Shown here in pieces: positions 10,571 through 26,300 of a stretch of DNA of 64,000 nucleotides (within the stretch, counting starts at the first letter, position 1; every line of letters starts with the position of its first letter). This stretch comes from Eledone cirrhosa. Taxonomy: Eukaryota. The position numbers and the translations under genes were made by a program. The stretch is from NCBI GenBank assembly GCA_964016885.1, contig OZ024741.1, positions 209,808,001 to 209,872,000 on the forward strand. Reading direction: 5' to 3'. The notes under the pieces are model-generated. The model saw only the letters and a program-made list of their open reading frames with translations. It had not been told where the DNA came from and did not search any database.

Positions 10571-12554
10571 AACACTTGGTGGGATCGATCTGTAATTACT
10601 GGTACATGTGCAGACACTCATTGGCTGTGTGTGGCCTGATTTTCAGAAAGATATCTCCGTAAAATAACGAGTGGTGGCTGCGTAAAATAATGAATTACGC
10701 ACGAAAATGAGAAAATTTCGATTCTCGATCGTGGGCCGGCCGGATGTCGGATCGATTCGTAAATACAAGGATAATGTGCGGACACTCCCTCGCTGTGTGT
10801 GGCATGAGTTTCAGGACAATATCTCCGTAAAATCAAGAGTTGATAACCCCAACTTAACTTAACCCCAACTTAACTTAACCGCAACTTAACTTAACCGCAA
10901 CCTAACTTAACCCCAACTTAACTTAACCGCAACCTAACTTAACCCCAACTTAACTTAACCGCTACTTAACTTAACCCCAACCTAACTTAACCCCAACCTA
11001 ACTTAACCGCAACTTAACTTAACCTAAACCTAACTTAACCCCAACTTAACTTAACCGCAACTTAACTTAACCGCAACTTAGCTTAACCCCAACCCTTGGT
11101 GGGATCGATCTGTAATTACTGGTACATGTGCAGACACTCATTGGCTGTGTATGGCCTGATTTTCAGAAAGATATCTCCGTAAAATAACGAGTGGTGGCTG
11201 CGTAAAATAATGAATTACGCACGAAAATGAGAAAATTTCGATTCTCGGTCGTGGCCCGGCCGGATGTCGGATCGATTCGTAATTACAAGGATAATGTGCG
11301 GACACTCCTTGGCTGTGTGCGGCATGATTTTCAGGACGATATCTCCGTAAAATCAAGAGTTGATAACCCCAACTTAACTTAACCCCAACTTAACTTAACC
11401 GCAACTTTACTTAACCGCAACCTAACTTAACCCCAACTTAACTTAACCGCAACCTAACTTAACCCCAACTTAACTTAACCCCAACTTAACTTAACCGCAA
11501 CCTAACTTAACCCCAACTTAACTTAACCGCAACTTAACTTAACCGCAACTTAGCTTAACCCCAACACTTGGTGGGATCGATCTGTAATTACTGGTACATG
11601 TGCAGACACTCATTGGCTGTGTGTGGCCTGATTTTCAGAAAGATATCTCCGTAAAATAACGAGTGGTGGCTGCGTAAAATAATGAATTACGCACGAAAAT
11701 GAGAAAATTTCGATTCTCGATCGTGGGCCGGCCGGATGTCGGATCGATTCGTAAATACAAGGATAATGTGCGGACACTCCCTCGCTGTGTGTGGCATGAG
11801 TTTCAGGACAATATCTCCGTAAAATCAAGAGTTGATAACCCCAACTTAACTTAACCCCAACTTAACTTAACCGCAACTTAACTTAACCGCAACCTAACTT
11901 AACCCCAACTTAACTTAACCGCAACCTAACTTAACCCCAACTTAACTTAACCGCTACTTAACTTAACCCCAACCTAACTTAACCCCAACCTAACTTAACC
12001 GCAACTTAACTTAACCTAAACCTAACTTAACCCCAACTTAACTTAACCGCAACTTAACTTAACCGCAACTTAGCTTAACCCCAACCCTTGGTGGGATCGA
12101 TCTGTAATTACTGGTACATGTGCAGACACTCATTGGCTGTGTATGGCCTGATTTTCAGAAAGATATCTCCGTAAAATAACGAGTGGTGGCTGCGTAAAAT
12201 AATGAATTACGCACGAAAATGAGAAAATTTCGATTCTCGGTCGTGGCCCGGCCGGATGTCGGATCGATTCGTAATTACAAGGATAATGTGCGGACACTCC
12301 TTGGCTGTGTGCGGCATGATTTTCAGGACGATATCTCCGTAAAATCAAGAGTTGATAACCCCAACTTAACTTAACCCCAACTTAACTTAACCGCAACTTT
12401 ACTTAACCGCAACCTAACTTAACCCCAACTTAACTTAACCGCAACCTAACTTAACCCCAACTTAACTTAACCCCAACTTAACTTAACCGCAACCTAACTT
12501 AACCCCAACTTAACTTAACCGCAACTTAACTTAACCGCAACTTAGCTTAACCCC
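10571..12554 (+). repeat. Higher-order repeat: 2-monomer unit (992 bp) x2
   Basis: Variant cores (CCCTCGC/GAGTTTC type, then GTATGG/CTCGGTC type) and spacer variants (CCGCTAC, CCTAAACC) repeat at +992 (ORF track 10618/11610, 11138/12130). Confidence 0.9.
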
Positions 12555-15500
12555 AACCCTTGGTGGGATCGATCTGTAATTACTGGTACATATGCAGACA
12601 CTCATTGGCTGTGTGTGGCCTGATTTTCAGAAAGATATCTCCGTAAAATAACGAGTGGTGGCTGCGTAAAATAATGAATTACGCACGAAAATGAGAAAAT
12701 TTCGATTCTCGATCGTGGGCCGGCCGGATGTCGGATCGATTCGTAAATACAAGGATAATGTGCGGACACTCCTTGGGTGTGTGCGGCATGATTTTCAGGA
12801 CGATATCTCCGTAAAATCAAGAGTTGATAACCCCAACTTAACTTAACCCCAACTTAACTTAACCGCAACTTAACTTAACCGCAACCTAACTTAACCCCAA
12901 CTTAACTTAACCGCAACCTAACTTAACCCCAACTTAACTTAACCGCAACTTAACTTAACCCCAACCTAACTTAACCCCAACTTAACTTAACCGCAACTTA
13001 ACTTAACCGCAACCTAACTTAACCCCAACTTAACTTAACCGCAACTTAACTTAACCGCAACTTAGCTTAACCCCAACCCTTGGTGGGATCGATCTGTAAT
13101 TACTGGTACATGTGCAGACACTCATTGGCTGTGTGTGGCCTGATTTTCAGAAAGATATCTCCGTAAAATAACGAGTGGTGGCTGCGTAAAATAATGAATT
13201 ACGCACGAAAATGAGAAAATTTCGATTCTCGATCGTGGGCCGGCCGGATGTCGGATCGATTCGTAAATACAAGGATAATGTGCGGACACTCCTTGGCTGT
13301 GTGCGGCATGATTTTCAGGACGATATTTCCGTAAAATCAAGAGTTGATAACCCCAACTTAACTTAACCCCAACTTAACTTAACCCCAACTTAACTTAACC
13401 GCAACCAAACTTAACCCCAACTTAACTTAACCGCAACTTAACTTAACCGCAACCTAACTTAACCCCAACTTAACTTAACCGCAACTTAACCCCAACTTAG
13501 CTTAACCCCAACCCTTGGTGGGATCGATCTGTAATTACTGGTACATGTGCAGACACTCATTGGCTGTGTGTGGCCTGATTTTCAGAAAGATATCTCCGTA
13601 AAATAACGAGTGGTGGCTGCGTAAAATAATGAATTACGCACGAAAATGAGAAAATTTCGATTCTCGATCGTGGGCCGGCCGGATGTCGGATCGATTCGTA
13701 AATACAAGGATAATGTGCGGACACTCCTTGGCTGTGTGCGGCATGATTTTCAGGACGATATCTCCGTAAAATCAAGAGTTGATAACCCCAACTTAACTTA
13801 ACCCCAACTTAACTTAACCGCAACTTAACTTAACCGCAACCTAACTTAACCCCAACTTAACTTAACCGCAACCTAACTTAACCCCAACTTAACTTAACCG
13901 CAACTTAACTTAACCCCAACCTAACATAACCCCAACTTAACTTAACGGCAACTTAACTTAACCGCAACCTAACTTAACCCCAACTTAACTTAACCGCAAC
14001 TTAACTTAACCGCAACTTAGCTTAACCCCAACCCTTGGTGGGATCGATCTGTAATTACTGGTACATGTGCAGACACTCATTGGCTGTGTGTGGCCTGATT
14101 TTCAGAAAGATATCTCCGTAAAATAACGAGTGGTGGCTGCGTAAAATAATGAATTACGCACGAAAATGAGAAAATTTCGATTCTCGATCGTGGGCCGGCC
14201 GGATGTCGGATCGATTCGTAAATACAAGCATAATGTGCGGACACTCCTTGGCTGTGTGCGGGATGATTTTCAGGACGATATCTCCGTAAAATCAAGAGTT
14301 GATAACCCCAACTTAACTTAACCCCAACTTAACTTAACCGCAACTTTACTTAACCGCAACCTAACTTAACCCCAACTTAACTTAACCGCAACCTAACTTA
14401 ACCCCAACTTAACTTAACCGCAACTTAACTTAACCGCAACCTAACTTAACCCCAACTTAACTTAACCGCAACTTAACTTAACCGCAACTTAGCTTAACCC
14501 CAACCCTTGGTGGGATCGATCTGTAATTACTGGTACATGTGCAGACACTCATTGGCTGTGTGTGGCCTGATTTTCAGAAAGATATCTCCGTAAAATAACG
14601 AGTGGTGGCTGCGTAAAATAATGAATTACGCACGAAAATGAGAAAATTTCGATTCTCGATCGTGGGCCGGCCGGATGTCGGATCGATTCGTAAATACAAG
14701 GATAATGTGCGGACACTCCTTGGCTGTGTGCGGCATGATTTTCAGGACGATATTTCCGTAAAATCAAGAGTTGATAACCCCAACTTAACTTAACCACAAC
14801 TTAACTTAACCCCAACTTAACTTAACCGCAACCTAACTTAACCCCAACTTAACTTAACCGCAACCTAACTTAACCCCAACTTAACTTAACCGCAACTTAA
14901 CTTAACCCCAACCTAACTTAACCCCAACTTAACTTAACCGCAACTTAACTTAACCGCAACCTAACTTAACCCCAACTTAACTTAACCGCAACTTAACCCC
15001 AACTTAGCTTAACCCCAACCCTTGGTGGGATCGATCTGTAATTACTGGTACATGTGCAGACACTCATTGGCTGTGTGTGGCCTGACTTTTAGAAAGATAT
15101 CTCCGTAAAATAACGAGTGGTGGCTGCGTAAAATAATGAATTACGCACGAAAATGAGAAAATTTCGATTCTCGATCGTGGGCCGGCCGGATGTCGGATCG
15201 ATTCGTAAATACAAGGATAATGTGCGGACACTCCTTGGCTGTGTGCGGCATGATTTTCAGGACGATATCTCCGTAAAATCAAGAGTTGATAACCCCAACT
15301 TAACTTAACCCCAACTTAACTTAACCGCAACTTAACTTAACCGCAACCTAACTTAACCCCAACTTAACTTAACCGCAACCTAACTTAACCCCAACTTAAC
15401 TTAACCGCAACTTAACTTAACCCCAACCTAACATAACCCCAACTTAACTTAACGGCAACTTAACTTAACCGCAACCTAACTTAACCCCAACTTAACTTAA

Positions 15501-18500
15501 CCGCAACTTAACTTAACCGCAACTTAGCTTAACCCCAACCCTTGGTGGGATCGATCTGTAATTACTGGTACATGTGCAGACACTCATTGGCTGTGTGTGG
15601 CCTGATTTTCAGAAAGATATCTCCGTAAAATAACGAGTGGTGGCTGCGTAAAATAATGAATTACGCACGAAAATGAGAAAATTTCGATTCTCGATCGTGG
15701 GCCGGCCGGATGTCGGATCGATTCGTAAATACAAGCATAATGTGCGGACACTCCTTGGCTGTGTGCGGGATGATTTTCAGGACGATATCTCCGTAAAATC
15801 AAGAGTTGATAACCCCAACTTAACTTAACCCCAACTTAACTTAACCGCAACTTTACTTAACCGCAACCTAACTTAACCCCAACTTAACTTAACCGCAACC
15901 TAACTTAACCCCAACTTAACTTAACCGCAACTTAACTTAACCGCAACCTAACTTAACCCCAACTTAACTTAACCGCAACTTAACTTAACCGCAACTTAGC
16001 TTAACCCCAACCCTTGGTGGGATCGATCTGTAATTACTGGTACATGTGCAGACACTCATTGGCTGTGTGTGGCCTGATTTTCAGAAAGATATCTCCGTAA
16101 AATAACGAGTGGTGGCTGCGTAAAATAATGAATTACGCACGAAAATGAGAAAATTTCGATTCTCGATCGTGGGCCGGCCGGATGTCGGATCGATTCGTAA
16201 ATACAAGGATAATGTGCGGACATTCCTTGGCTGTGTGTGGCATGAGTTTCAGGAAAATATCTCCGTAAAATCAAGAGTTGATAACCCCAACTTAACTTAA
16301 CCCCAACTTAACTTAACCGCAACTTAACTTAACCGCAACCTAACTTAACCCCAACTTAACTTAACCGCAACCTAACTTAACCCCAACTTAACTTAACCGC
16401 AACTTAACTTAACCCCAACCTAACTTAACCCCAACTTAACTTAACCGCAACTTAACTTAACCTCAACCTAACTTAACCCCAACTTAACTTAACCGCAACT
16501 TAACTTAACCGCAACTTAGCTTAACACCAACCCTTGGTGGGATCGATCTGTAATTACTGGTACATGTGCAGACACTCATTGGCTGTGTGTGGCCTGATTT
16601 TCAGAAAGATATCTCCGTAAAATAACGAGTGGTGGCTGCGTAAAATAATGAATTACGCACGAAAATGAGAAAATTTCGATTCTCGATCGTGGGCCGGCCG
16701 GATGTCGGATCGATTCGTAAATACAAGGATAATGTGCGGACACTCCCTCGCTGTGTGTGGCATCATTTTCAGGACAATATCTCCGTAAAATCAAGAGTTG
16801 ATAACCCCAACTTAACTTAACCCCAACTTAACTTAACCGCAACTTAACTTAACCGCAACCTAACTTAACCCCAACTTAACTTAACCGCAACCTAACTTAA
16901 ACCCAACTTAACTTAACCGCAACTTAACTTAACCCCAACCTAACTTAACCCCAACTTAACTTAACCGCAACTTAACTTAACCGTAACCTAACTTAACCCC
17001 AACTTAACTTAACCGCAACTTAACTTAACCGCAACTTAGCTTAACACCAACCCTTGGTGGGATCGATCTGTAATTACTGGTACATGTGCAGACACTCATT
17101 GGCTGTGTGTGGCCTGATTTTCAGAAAGATATCTCCGTAAAATAACGAGTGGTGGCTGCGTAAAATAATGAATTACGCACGAAAATGAGAAAATTTCGAT
17201 TCTTGATCGTTGGCCGGTCGGATGTCGGATCAATTCGTAAATACAAGGACAATGTGCGGACATTCCTTGGCTGTGTGCGGCATGATTTTCAGGACGATAT
17301 CTCCGTAAAATCAAGAGTTGATAACCCCAACTTATCTTAACTCCAACTTAACTTAACCGCAACTTAACTTAACCGCAACCTAACTTAACCCCAACTTAAC
17401 TTAACCGCAACCTAACTTAACCCCAACTTAACTTAACCGCAACTTAACTTAACCGCAACCTAACTTAACCCCAACTTAACTTAACCGCAACTTAACTTAA
17501 CCGCAACTTAGCTTAACACCAACCCTTGGTGGGATCGATCTGTAATTACTGGTACATGTGCAGACACTCATTGGCTGTGTGTGGCCTGATTTTCAGAAAG
17601 ATATCTCCGTAAAATAACGAGTGGTGGCTTCGTAAAATAATGAATTACGCACGAAAATGAGAAAATTTCGATTCTCGATCGTGGGCCGGCCGGATGTCGG
17701 ATCGATTCGTAAATACAAGGATAATGTGCGGACACTCCTTGGCTGTGTGCGGCATGATTTTCAGGACGATATCTCCGTAAAATCAAGAGTTGATAACCCC
17801 AACTTAACTTAACCCCAACTTAACTTAACCGCAACTTAACTTAACCGCAACCTAACTTAACCCCAACTTAAATTAACCGCAACCTAACTTAACCCCAACT
17901 TAACTTAACCGCAACTTAACTTAACCCCAACCTAACTTAACCCCAACTTAACTTAACCGCAACTTAACTTAACCGCAACCTAACTTAACCCCAACTTAAC
18001 TTAACCGCAACTTAACTTAACCGCAACTTAGCTTAACCCCAACCCTTGGTGGGATCGATCTGTAATTACTGGTACATGTGCAGACACTCATTGGCTGTGT
18101 GTGGCCTGATTTTCAGAAAGATATCTCCGTAAAATAACGAGTGGTGGCTGCGTAAATTAATGAATTACGCACGAAAATGAGAAAATTTCGATTCTCGATC
18201 GTGGGCCGGCCGGATGTCGGATCGATTCGTAAATACAAGGACAATGTGAGGACATTCCTTGGCTGTGTGCGGCATGATTTTCAGGAGGATATCTCCGTAA
18301 AATCAAGAGTTGATAACCCCAACTTAACTTAACCCCAACTTAACTTAACCGCAACTTAACTTAACCGCAACCTAACTTAACCCCAACTTAACTTAACCCC
18401 AACTTAACTTAACCCCAACCTAACTTAACCCCAACTTAACTTAACCGCAACTTAACTTAACCCCAACCTAACATAACCCCAACTTAACTTAACGGCAACT

Positions 18501-18576
18501 TAACTTAACCGCAACCTAACTTAACCCCAACTTAACTTAACCGCAACTTAACTTAACCGCAACTTAGCTTAACCCC

Positions 18577-21350
18577 AACCCTTGGTGGGATCGATCTGTA
18601 ATTACTGGTACATGTGCAGACACTCATTGGCTGTGTGTGGCCTGATTTTCAGAAAGATATCTCCGTAAAATAACGAGTGGTGGCTGCGTAAAATAATGAA
18701 TTACGCACGAAAATGAGAAAATTTCGATTCTCGATCGTGGGCCGGCCGGATGTCGGATCGATTCGTAAATACAAGCATAATGTGCGGACACTCCTTGGCT
18801 GTGTGCGGGATGATTTTCAGGACGATATCTCCGTAAAATCAAGAGTTGATAACCCCAACTTAACTTAACCCCAACTTAACTTAACCGCAACTTTACTTAA
18901 CCGCAACCTAACTTAACCCCAACTTAACTTAACCGCAACCTAACTTAACCCCAACTTAACTTAACCGCAACTTAACTTAACCGCAACCTAACTTAACCCC
19001 AACTTAACTTAACCGCAACTTAACTTAACCGCAACTTAGCTTAACCCCAACCCTTGGTGGGATCGATCTGTAATTACTGGTACATGTGCAGACACTCATT
19101 GGCTGTGTGTGGCCTGATTTTCAGAAAGATATCTCCGTAAAATAACGAGTGGTGGCTGCGTAAAATAATGAATTACGCACGAAAATGAGAAAATTTCGAT
19201 TCTCGATCGTGGGCCGGCCGGATGTCGGATCGATTCGTAAATACAAGGATAATGTGCGGACACTCCTTGGCTGTGTGCGGCATGATTTTCAGGACGATAT
19301 TTCCGTAAAATCAAGAGTTGATAACCCCAACTTAACTTAACCACAACTTAACTTAACCCCAACTTAACTTAACCGCAACCTAACTTAACCCCAACTTAAC
19401 TTAACCGCAACCTAACTTAACCCCAACTTAACTTAACCGCAACTTAACTTAACCCCAACCTAACTTAACCCCAACTTAACTTAACCGCAACTTAACTTAA
19501 CCGCAACCTAACTTAACCCCAACTTAACTTAACCGCAACTTAACCCCAACTTAGCTTAACCCCAACCCTTGGTGGGATCGATCTGTAATTACTGGTACAT
19601 GTGCAGACACTCATTGGCTGTGTGTGGCCTGACTTTTAGAAAGATATCTCCGTAAAATAACGAGTGGTGGCTGCGTAAAATAATGAATTACGCACGAAAA
19701 TGAGAAAATTTCGATTCTCGATCGTGGGCCGGCCGGATGTCGGATCGATTCGTAAATACAAGGATAATGTGCGGACACTCCTTGGCTGTGTGCGGCATGA
19801 TTTTCAGGACGATATCTCCGTAAAATCAAGAGTTGATAACCCCAACTTAACTTAACCCCAACTTAACTTAACCGCAACTTAACTTAACCGCAACCTAACT
19901 TAACCCCAACTTAACTTAACCGCAACCTAACTTAACCCCAACTTAACTTAACCGCAACTTAACTTAACCCCAACCTAACATAACCCCAACTTAACTTAAC
20001 GGCAACTTAACTTAACCGCAACCTAACTTAACCCCAACTTAACTTAACCGCAACTTAACTTAACCGCAACTTAGCTTAACCCCAACCCTTGGTGGGATCG
20101 ATCTGTAATTACTGGTACATGTGCAGACACTCATTGGCTGTGTGTGGCCTGATTTTCAGAAAGATATCTCCGTAAAATAACGAGTGGTGGCTGCGTAAAA
20201 TAATGAATTACGCACGAAAATGAGAAAATTTCGATTCTCGATCGTGGGCCGGCCGGATGTCGGATCGATTCGTAAATACAAGCATAATGTGCGGACACTC
20301 CTTGGCTGTGTGCGGGATGATTTTCAGGACGATATCTCCGTAAAATCAAGAGTTGATAACCCCAACTTAACTTAACCCCAACTTAACTTAACCGCAACTT
20401 TACTTAACCGCAACCTAACTTAACCCCAACTTAACTTAACCGCAACCTAACTTAACCCCAACTTAACTTAACCGCAACTTAACTTAACCGCAACCTAACT
20501 TAACCCCAACTTAACTTAACCGCAACTTAACTTAACCGCAACTTAGCTTAACCCCAACCCTTGGTGGGATCGATCTGTAATTACTGGTACATGTGCAGAC
20601 ACTCATTGGCTGTGTGTGGCCTGATTTTCAGAAAGATATCTCCGTAAAATAACGAGTGGTGGCTGCGTAAAATAATGAATTACGCACGAAAATGAGAAAA
20701 TTTCGATTCTCGATCGTGGGCCGGCCGGATGTCGGATCGATTCGTAAATACAAGGATAATGTGCGGACATTCCTTGGCTGTGTGCGGCATGATTTTCAGG
20801 ACGATATTTCCGTAAAATCAAGAGTTGATAACCCCAACTTAACTTAACCACAACTTAACTTAACCCCAACTTAACTTAACCGCAACCTAACTTAACCCCA
20901 ACTTAACTTAACCGCAACCTAACTTAACCCCAACTTAACTTAACCGCAACTTAACTTAACCCCAACCTAACTTAACCCCAACTTAACTTAACCGCAACTT
21001 AACTTAACCGCAACCTAACTTAACCCCAACTTAACTTAACCGCAACTTAACCCCAACTTAGCTTAACCCCAACCCTTGGTGGGATCGATCTGTAATTACT
21101 GGTACATGTGCAGACACTCATTGGCTGTGTGTGGCCTGACTTTTAGAAAGATATCTCCGTAAAATAACGAGTGGTGGCTGCGTAAAATAATGAATTACGC
21201 ACGAAAATGAGAAAATTTCGATTCTCGATCGTGGGCCGGCCGGATGTCGGATCGATTCGTAAATACAAGGATAATGTGCGGACACTCCTTGGCTGTGTGC
21301 GGCATGATTTTCAGGACGATATCTCCGTAAAATCAAGAGTTGATAACCCC
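18577..21350 (+). repeat. Higher-order repeat: 3-monomer unit (1507 bp = 472+515+520), recurring through the middle domain
   Basis: The order AAGCAT/CGGGAT core, then GATATTTCC core with AACCAC spacer, then GACTTTTAG core repeats at +1507 (18624/20131, 23580/25087, 29114/30621). Confidence 0.9.
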
Positions 21351-23399
21351 AACTTAACTTAACCCCAACTTAACTTAACCGCAACTTTACTTAACCGCAA
21401 CCTAACTTAACCCCAACTTAACTTAACCGCAACCTAACTTAACCCCAACTTAACTTAACCGCAACTTAACTTAACCGCAACCTAACTTAACCCCAACTTA
21501 ACTTAACCGCAACTTAACTTAACCGCAACTTAGCTTAACCCCAACCCTTGGTGGGATCGATCTGTAATTACTGGTACATGTGCAGACACTCATTGGCTGT
21601 GTGTGGCCTGATTTTCAGAAAGATATCTCCGTAAAATAACGAGTGGTGGCTGCGTAAAATAATGAATTACGCACGAAAATGAGAAAATTTCGATTCTCGA
21701 TCGTGGGCCGGCCGGATGTCGGATCGATTCGTAAATACAAGGATAATGTGCGGACATTCCTTGGCTGTGTGCGGCATGATTTTCAGGACGATATTTCCGT
21801 AAAATCAAGAGTTGATAACCCCAACTTAACTTAACCACAACTTAACTTAACCCCAACTTAACTTAACCGCAACCTAACTTAACCCCAACTTAACTTAACC
21901 GCAACCTAACTTAACCCCAACTTAACTTAACCGCAACTTAACTTAACCCCAACCTAACTTAACCCCAACTTAACTTAACCGCAACTTAACTTAACCGCAA
22001 CCTAACTTAACCCCAACTTAACTTAACCGCAACTTAACCCCAACTTAGCTTAACCCCAACCCTTGGTGGGATCGATCTGTAATTACTGGTACATGTGCAG
22101 ACACTCATTGGCTGTGTGTGGCCTGACTTTTAGAAAGATATCTCCGTAAAATAACGAGTGGTGGCTGCGTAAAATAATGAATTACGCACGAAAATGAGAA
22201 AATTTCGATTCTCGATCGTGGGCCGGCCGGATGTCGGATCGATTCGTAAATACAAGGATAATGTGCGGACACTCCTTGGGTGTGTGCGGCATGATTTTCA
22301 GGACGATATCTCCGTAAAATCAAGAGTTGATAACCCCAACTTAACTTAACCCCAACTTAACTTAACCGCAACTTAACTTAACCGCAACCTAACTTAACCC
22401 CAACTTAACTTAACCGCAACCTAACTTAACCCCAACTTAACTTAACCGCAACTTAACTTAACCCCAACCTAACTTAACCCCAACTTAACTTAACCGCAAC
22501 TTAACTTAACCGCAACCTAACTTAACCCCAACTTAACTTAACCGCAACTTAACTTAACCGCAACTTAGCTTAACCCCAACCCTTGGTGGGATCGATCTGT
22601 AATTACTGGTACATGTGCAGACACTCATTGGCTGTGTGTGGCCTGATTTTCAGAAAGATATCTCCGTAAAATAACGAGTGGTGGCTGCGTAAAATAATGA
22701 ATTACGCACGAAAATGAGAAAATTTCGATTCTCGATCGTGGGCCGGCCGGATGTCGGATCGATTCGTAAATACAAGGATAATGTGCGGACACTCCTTGGC
22801 TGTGTGCGGCATGATTTTCAGGACGATATTTCCGTAAAATCAAGAGTTGATAACCCCAACTTAACTTAACCCCAACTTAACTTAACCCCAACTTAACTTA
22901 ACCGCAACCAAACTTAACCCCAACTTAACTTAACCGCAACTTAACTTAACCGCAACCTAACTTAACCCCAACTTAACTTAACCGCAACTTAACCCCAACT
23001 TAGCTTAACCCCAACCCTTGGTGGGATCGATCTGTAATTACTGGTACATGTGCAGACACTCATTGGCTGTGTGTGGCCTGATTTTCAGAAAGATATCTCC
23101 GTAAAATAACGAGTGGTGGCTGCGTAAAATAATGAATTACGCACGAAAATGAGAAAATTTCGATTCTCGATCGTGGGCCGGCCGGATGTCGGATCGATTC
23201 GTAAATACAAGGATAATGTGCGGACACTCCTTGGCTGTGTGCGGCATGATTTTCAGGACGATATCTCCGTAAAATCAAGAGTTGATAACCCCAACTTAAC
23301 TTAACCCCAACTTAACTTAACCGCAACTTAACTTAACCGCAACCTAACTTAACCCCAACTTAACTTAACCGCAACCTAACTTAACCCCAACTTAACTTA

Positions 23400-26300
23400 A
23401 CCGCAACTTAACTTAACCCCAACCTAACATAACCCCAACTTAACTTAACGGCAACTTAACTTAACCGCAACCTAACTTAACCCCAACTTAACTTAACCGC
23501 AACTTAACTTAACCGCAACTTAGCTTAACCCCAACCCTTGGTGGGATCGATCTGTAATTACTGGTACATGTGCAGACACTCATTGGCTGTGTGTGGCCTG
23601 ATTTTCAGAAAGATATCTCCGTAAAATAACGAGTGGTGGCTGCGTAAAATAATGAATTACGCACGAAAATGAGAAAATTTCGATTCTCGATCGTGGGCCG
23701 GCCGGATGTCGGATCGATTCGTAAATACAAGCATAATGTGCGGACACTCCTTGGCTGTGTGCGGGATGATTTTCAGGACGATATCTCCGTAAAATCAAGA
23801 GTTGATAACCCCAACTTAACTTAACCCCAACTTAACTTAACCGCAACTTTACTTAACCGCAACCTAACTTAACCCCAACTTAACTTAACCGCAACCTAAC
23901 TTAACCCCAACTTAACTTAACCGCAACTTAACTTAACCGCAACCTAACTTAACCCCAACTTAACTTAACCGCAACTTAACTTAACCGCAACTTAGCTTAA
24001 CCCCAACCCTTGGTGGGATCGATCTGTAATTACTGGTACATGTGCAGACACTCATTGGCTGTGTGTGGCCTGATTTTCAGAAAGATATCTCCGTAAAATA
24101 ACGAGTGGTGGCTGCGTAAAATAATGAATTACGCACGAAAATGAGAAAATTTCGATTCTCGATCGTGGGCCGGCCGGATGTCGGATCGATTCGTAAATAC
24201 AAGGATAATGTGCGGACACTCCTTGGCTGTGTGCGGCATGATTTTCAGGACGATATTTCCGTAAAATCAAGAGTTGATAACCCCAACTTAACTTAACCAC
24301 AACTTAACTTAACCCCAACTTAACTTAACCGCAACCTAACTTAACCCCAACTTAACTTAACCGCAACCTAACTTAACCCCAACTTAACTTAACCGCAACT
24401 TAACTTAACCCCAACCTAACTTAACCCCAACTTAACTTAACCGCAACTTAACTTAACCGCAACCTAACTTAACCCCAACTTAACTTAACCGCAACTTAAC
24501 CCCAACTTAGCTTAACCCCAACCCTTGGTGGGATCGATCTGTAATTACTGGTACATGTGCAGACACTCATTGGCTGTGTGTGGCCTGACTTTTAGAAAGA
24601 TATCTCCGTAAAATAACGAGTGGTGGCTGCGTAAAATAATGAATTACGCACGAAAATGAGAAAATTTCGATTCTCGATCGTGGGCCGGCCGGATGTCGGA
24701 TCGATTCGTAAATACAAGGATAATGTGCGGACACTCCTTGGCTGTGTGCGGCATGATTTTCAGGACGATATCTCCGTAAAATCAAGAGTTGATAACCCCA
24801 ACTTAACTTAACCCCAACTTAACTTAACCGCAACTTAACTTAACCGCAACCTAACTTAACCCCAACTTAACTTAACCGCAACCTAACTTAACCCCAACTT
24901 AACTTAACCGCAACTTAACTTAACCCCAACCTAACATAACCCCAACTTAACTTAACGGCAACTTAACTTAACCGCAACCTAACTTAACCCCAACTTAACT
25001 TAACCGCAACTTAACTTAACCGCAACTTAGCTTAACCCCAACCCTTGGTGGGATCGATCTGTAATTACTGGTACATGTGCAGACACTCATTGGCTGTGTG
25101 TGGCCTGATTTTCAGAAAGATATCTCCGTAAAATAACGAGTGGTGGCTGCGTAAAATAATGAATTACGCACGAAAATGAGAAAATTTCGATTCTCGATCG
25201 TGGGCCGGCCGGATGTCGGATCGATTCGTAAATACAAGCATAATGTGCGGACACTCCTTGGCTGTGTGCGGGATGATTTTCAGGACGATATCTCCGTAAA
25301 ATCAAGAGTTGATAACCCCAACTTAACTTAACCCCAACTTAACTTAACCGCAACTTTACTTAACCGCAACCTAACTTAACCCCAACTTAACTTAACCGCA
25401 ACCTAACTTAACCCCAACTTAACTTAACCGCAACTTAACTTAACCGCAACCTAACTTAACCCCAACTTAACTTAACCGCAACTTAACTTAACCGCAACTT
25501 AGCTTAACCCCAACCCTTGGTGGGATCGATCTGTAATTACTGGTACATGTGCAGACACTCATTGGCTGTGTGTGGCCTGATTTTCAGAAAGATATCTCCG
25601 TAAAATAACGAGTGGTGGCTGCGTAAAATAATGAATTACGCACGAAAATGAGAAAATTTCGATTCTCGATCGTGGGCCGGCCGGATGTCGGATCGATTCG
25701 TAAATACAAGGATAATGTGCGGACATTCCTTGGCTGTGTGCGGCATGATTTTCAGGACGATATTTCCGTAAAATCAAGAGTTGATAACCCCAACTTAACT
25801 TAACCACAACTTAACTTAACCCCAACTTAACTTAACCGCAACCTAACTTAACCCCAACTTAACTTAACCGCAACCTAACTTAACCCCAACTTAACTTAAC
25901 CGCAACTTAACTTAACCCCAACCTAACTTAACCCCAACTTAACTTAACCGCAACTTAACTTAACCGCAACCTAACTTAACCCCAACTTAACTTAACCGCA
26001 ACTTAACCCCAACTTAGCTTAACCCCAACCCTTGGTGGGATCGATCTGTAATTACTGGTACATGTGCAGACACTCATTGGCTGTGTGTGGCCTGACTTTT
26101 AGAAAGATATCTCCGTAAAATAACGAGTGGTGGCTGCGTAAAATAATGAATTACGCACGAAAATGAGAAAATTTCGATTCTCGATCGTGGGCCGGCCGGA
26201 TGTCGGATCGATTCGTAAATACAAGGATAATGTGCGGACACTCCTTGGCTGTGTGCGGCATGATTTTCAGGACGATATCTCCGTAAAATCAAGAGTTGAT

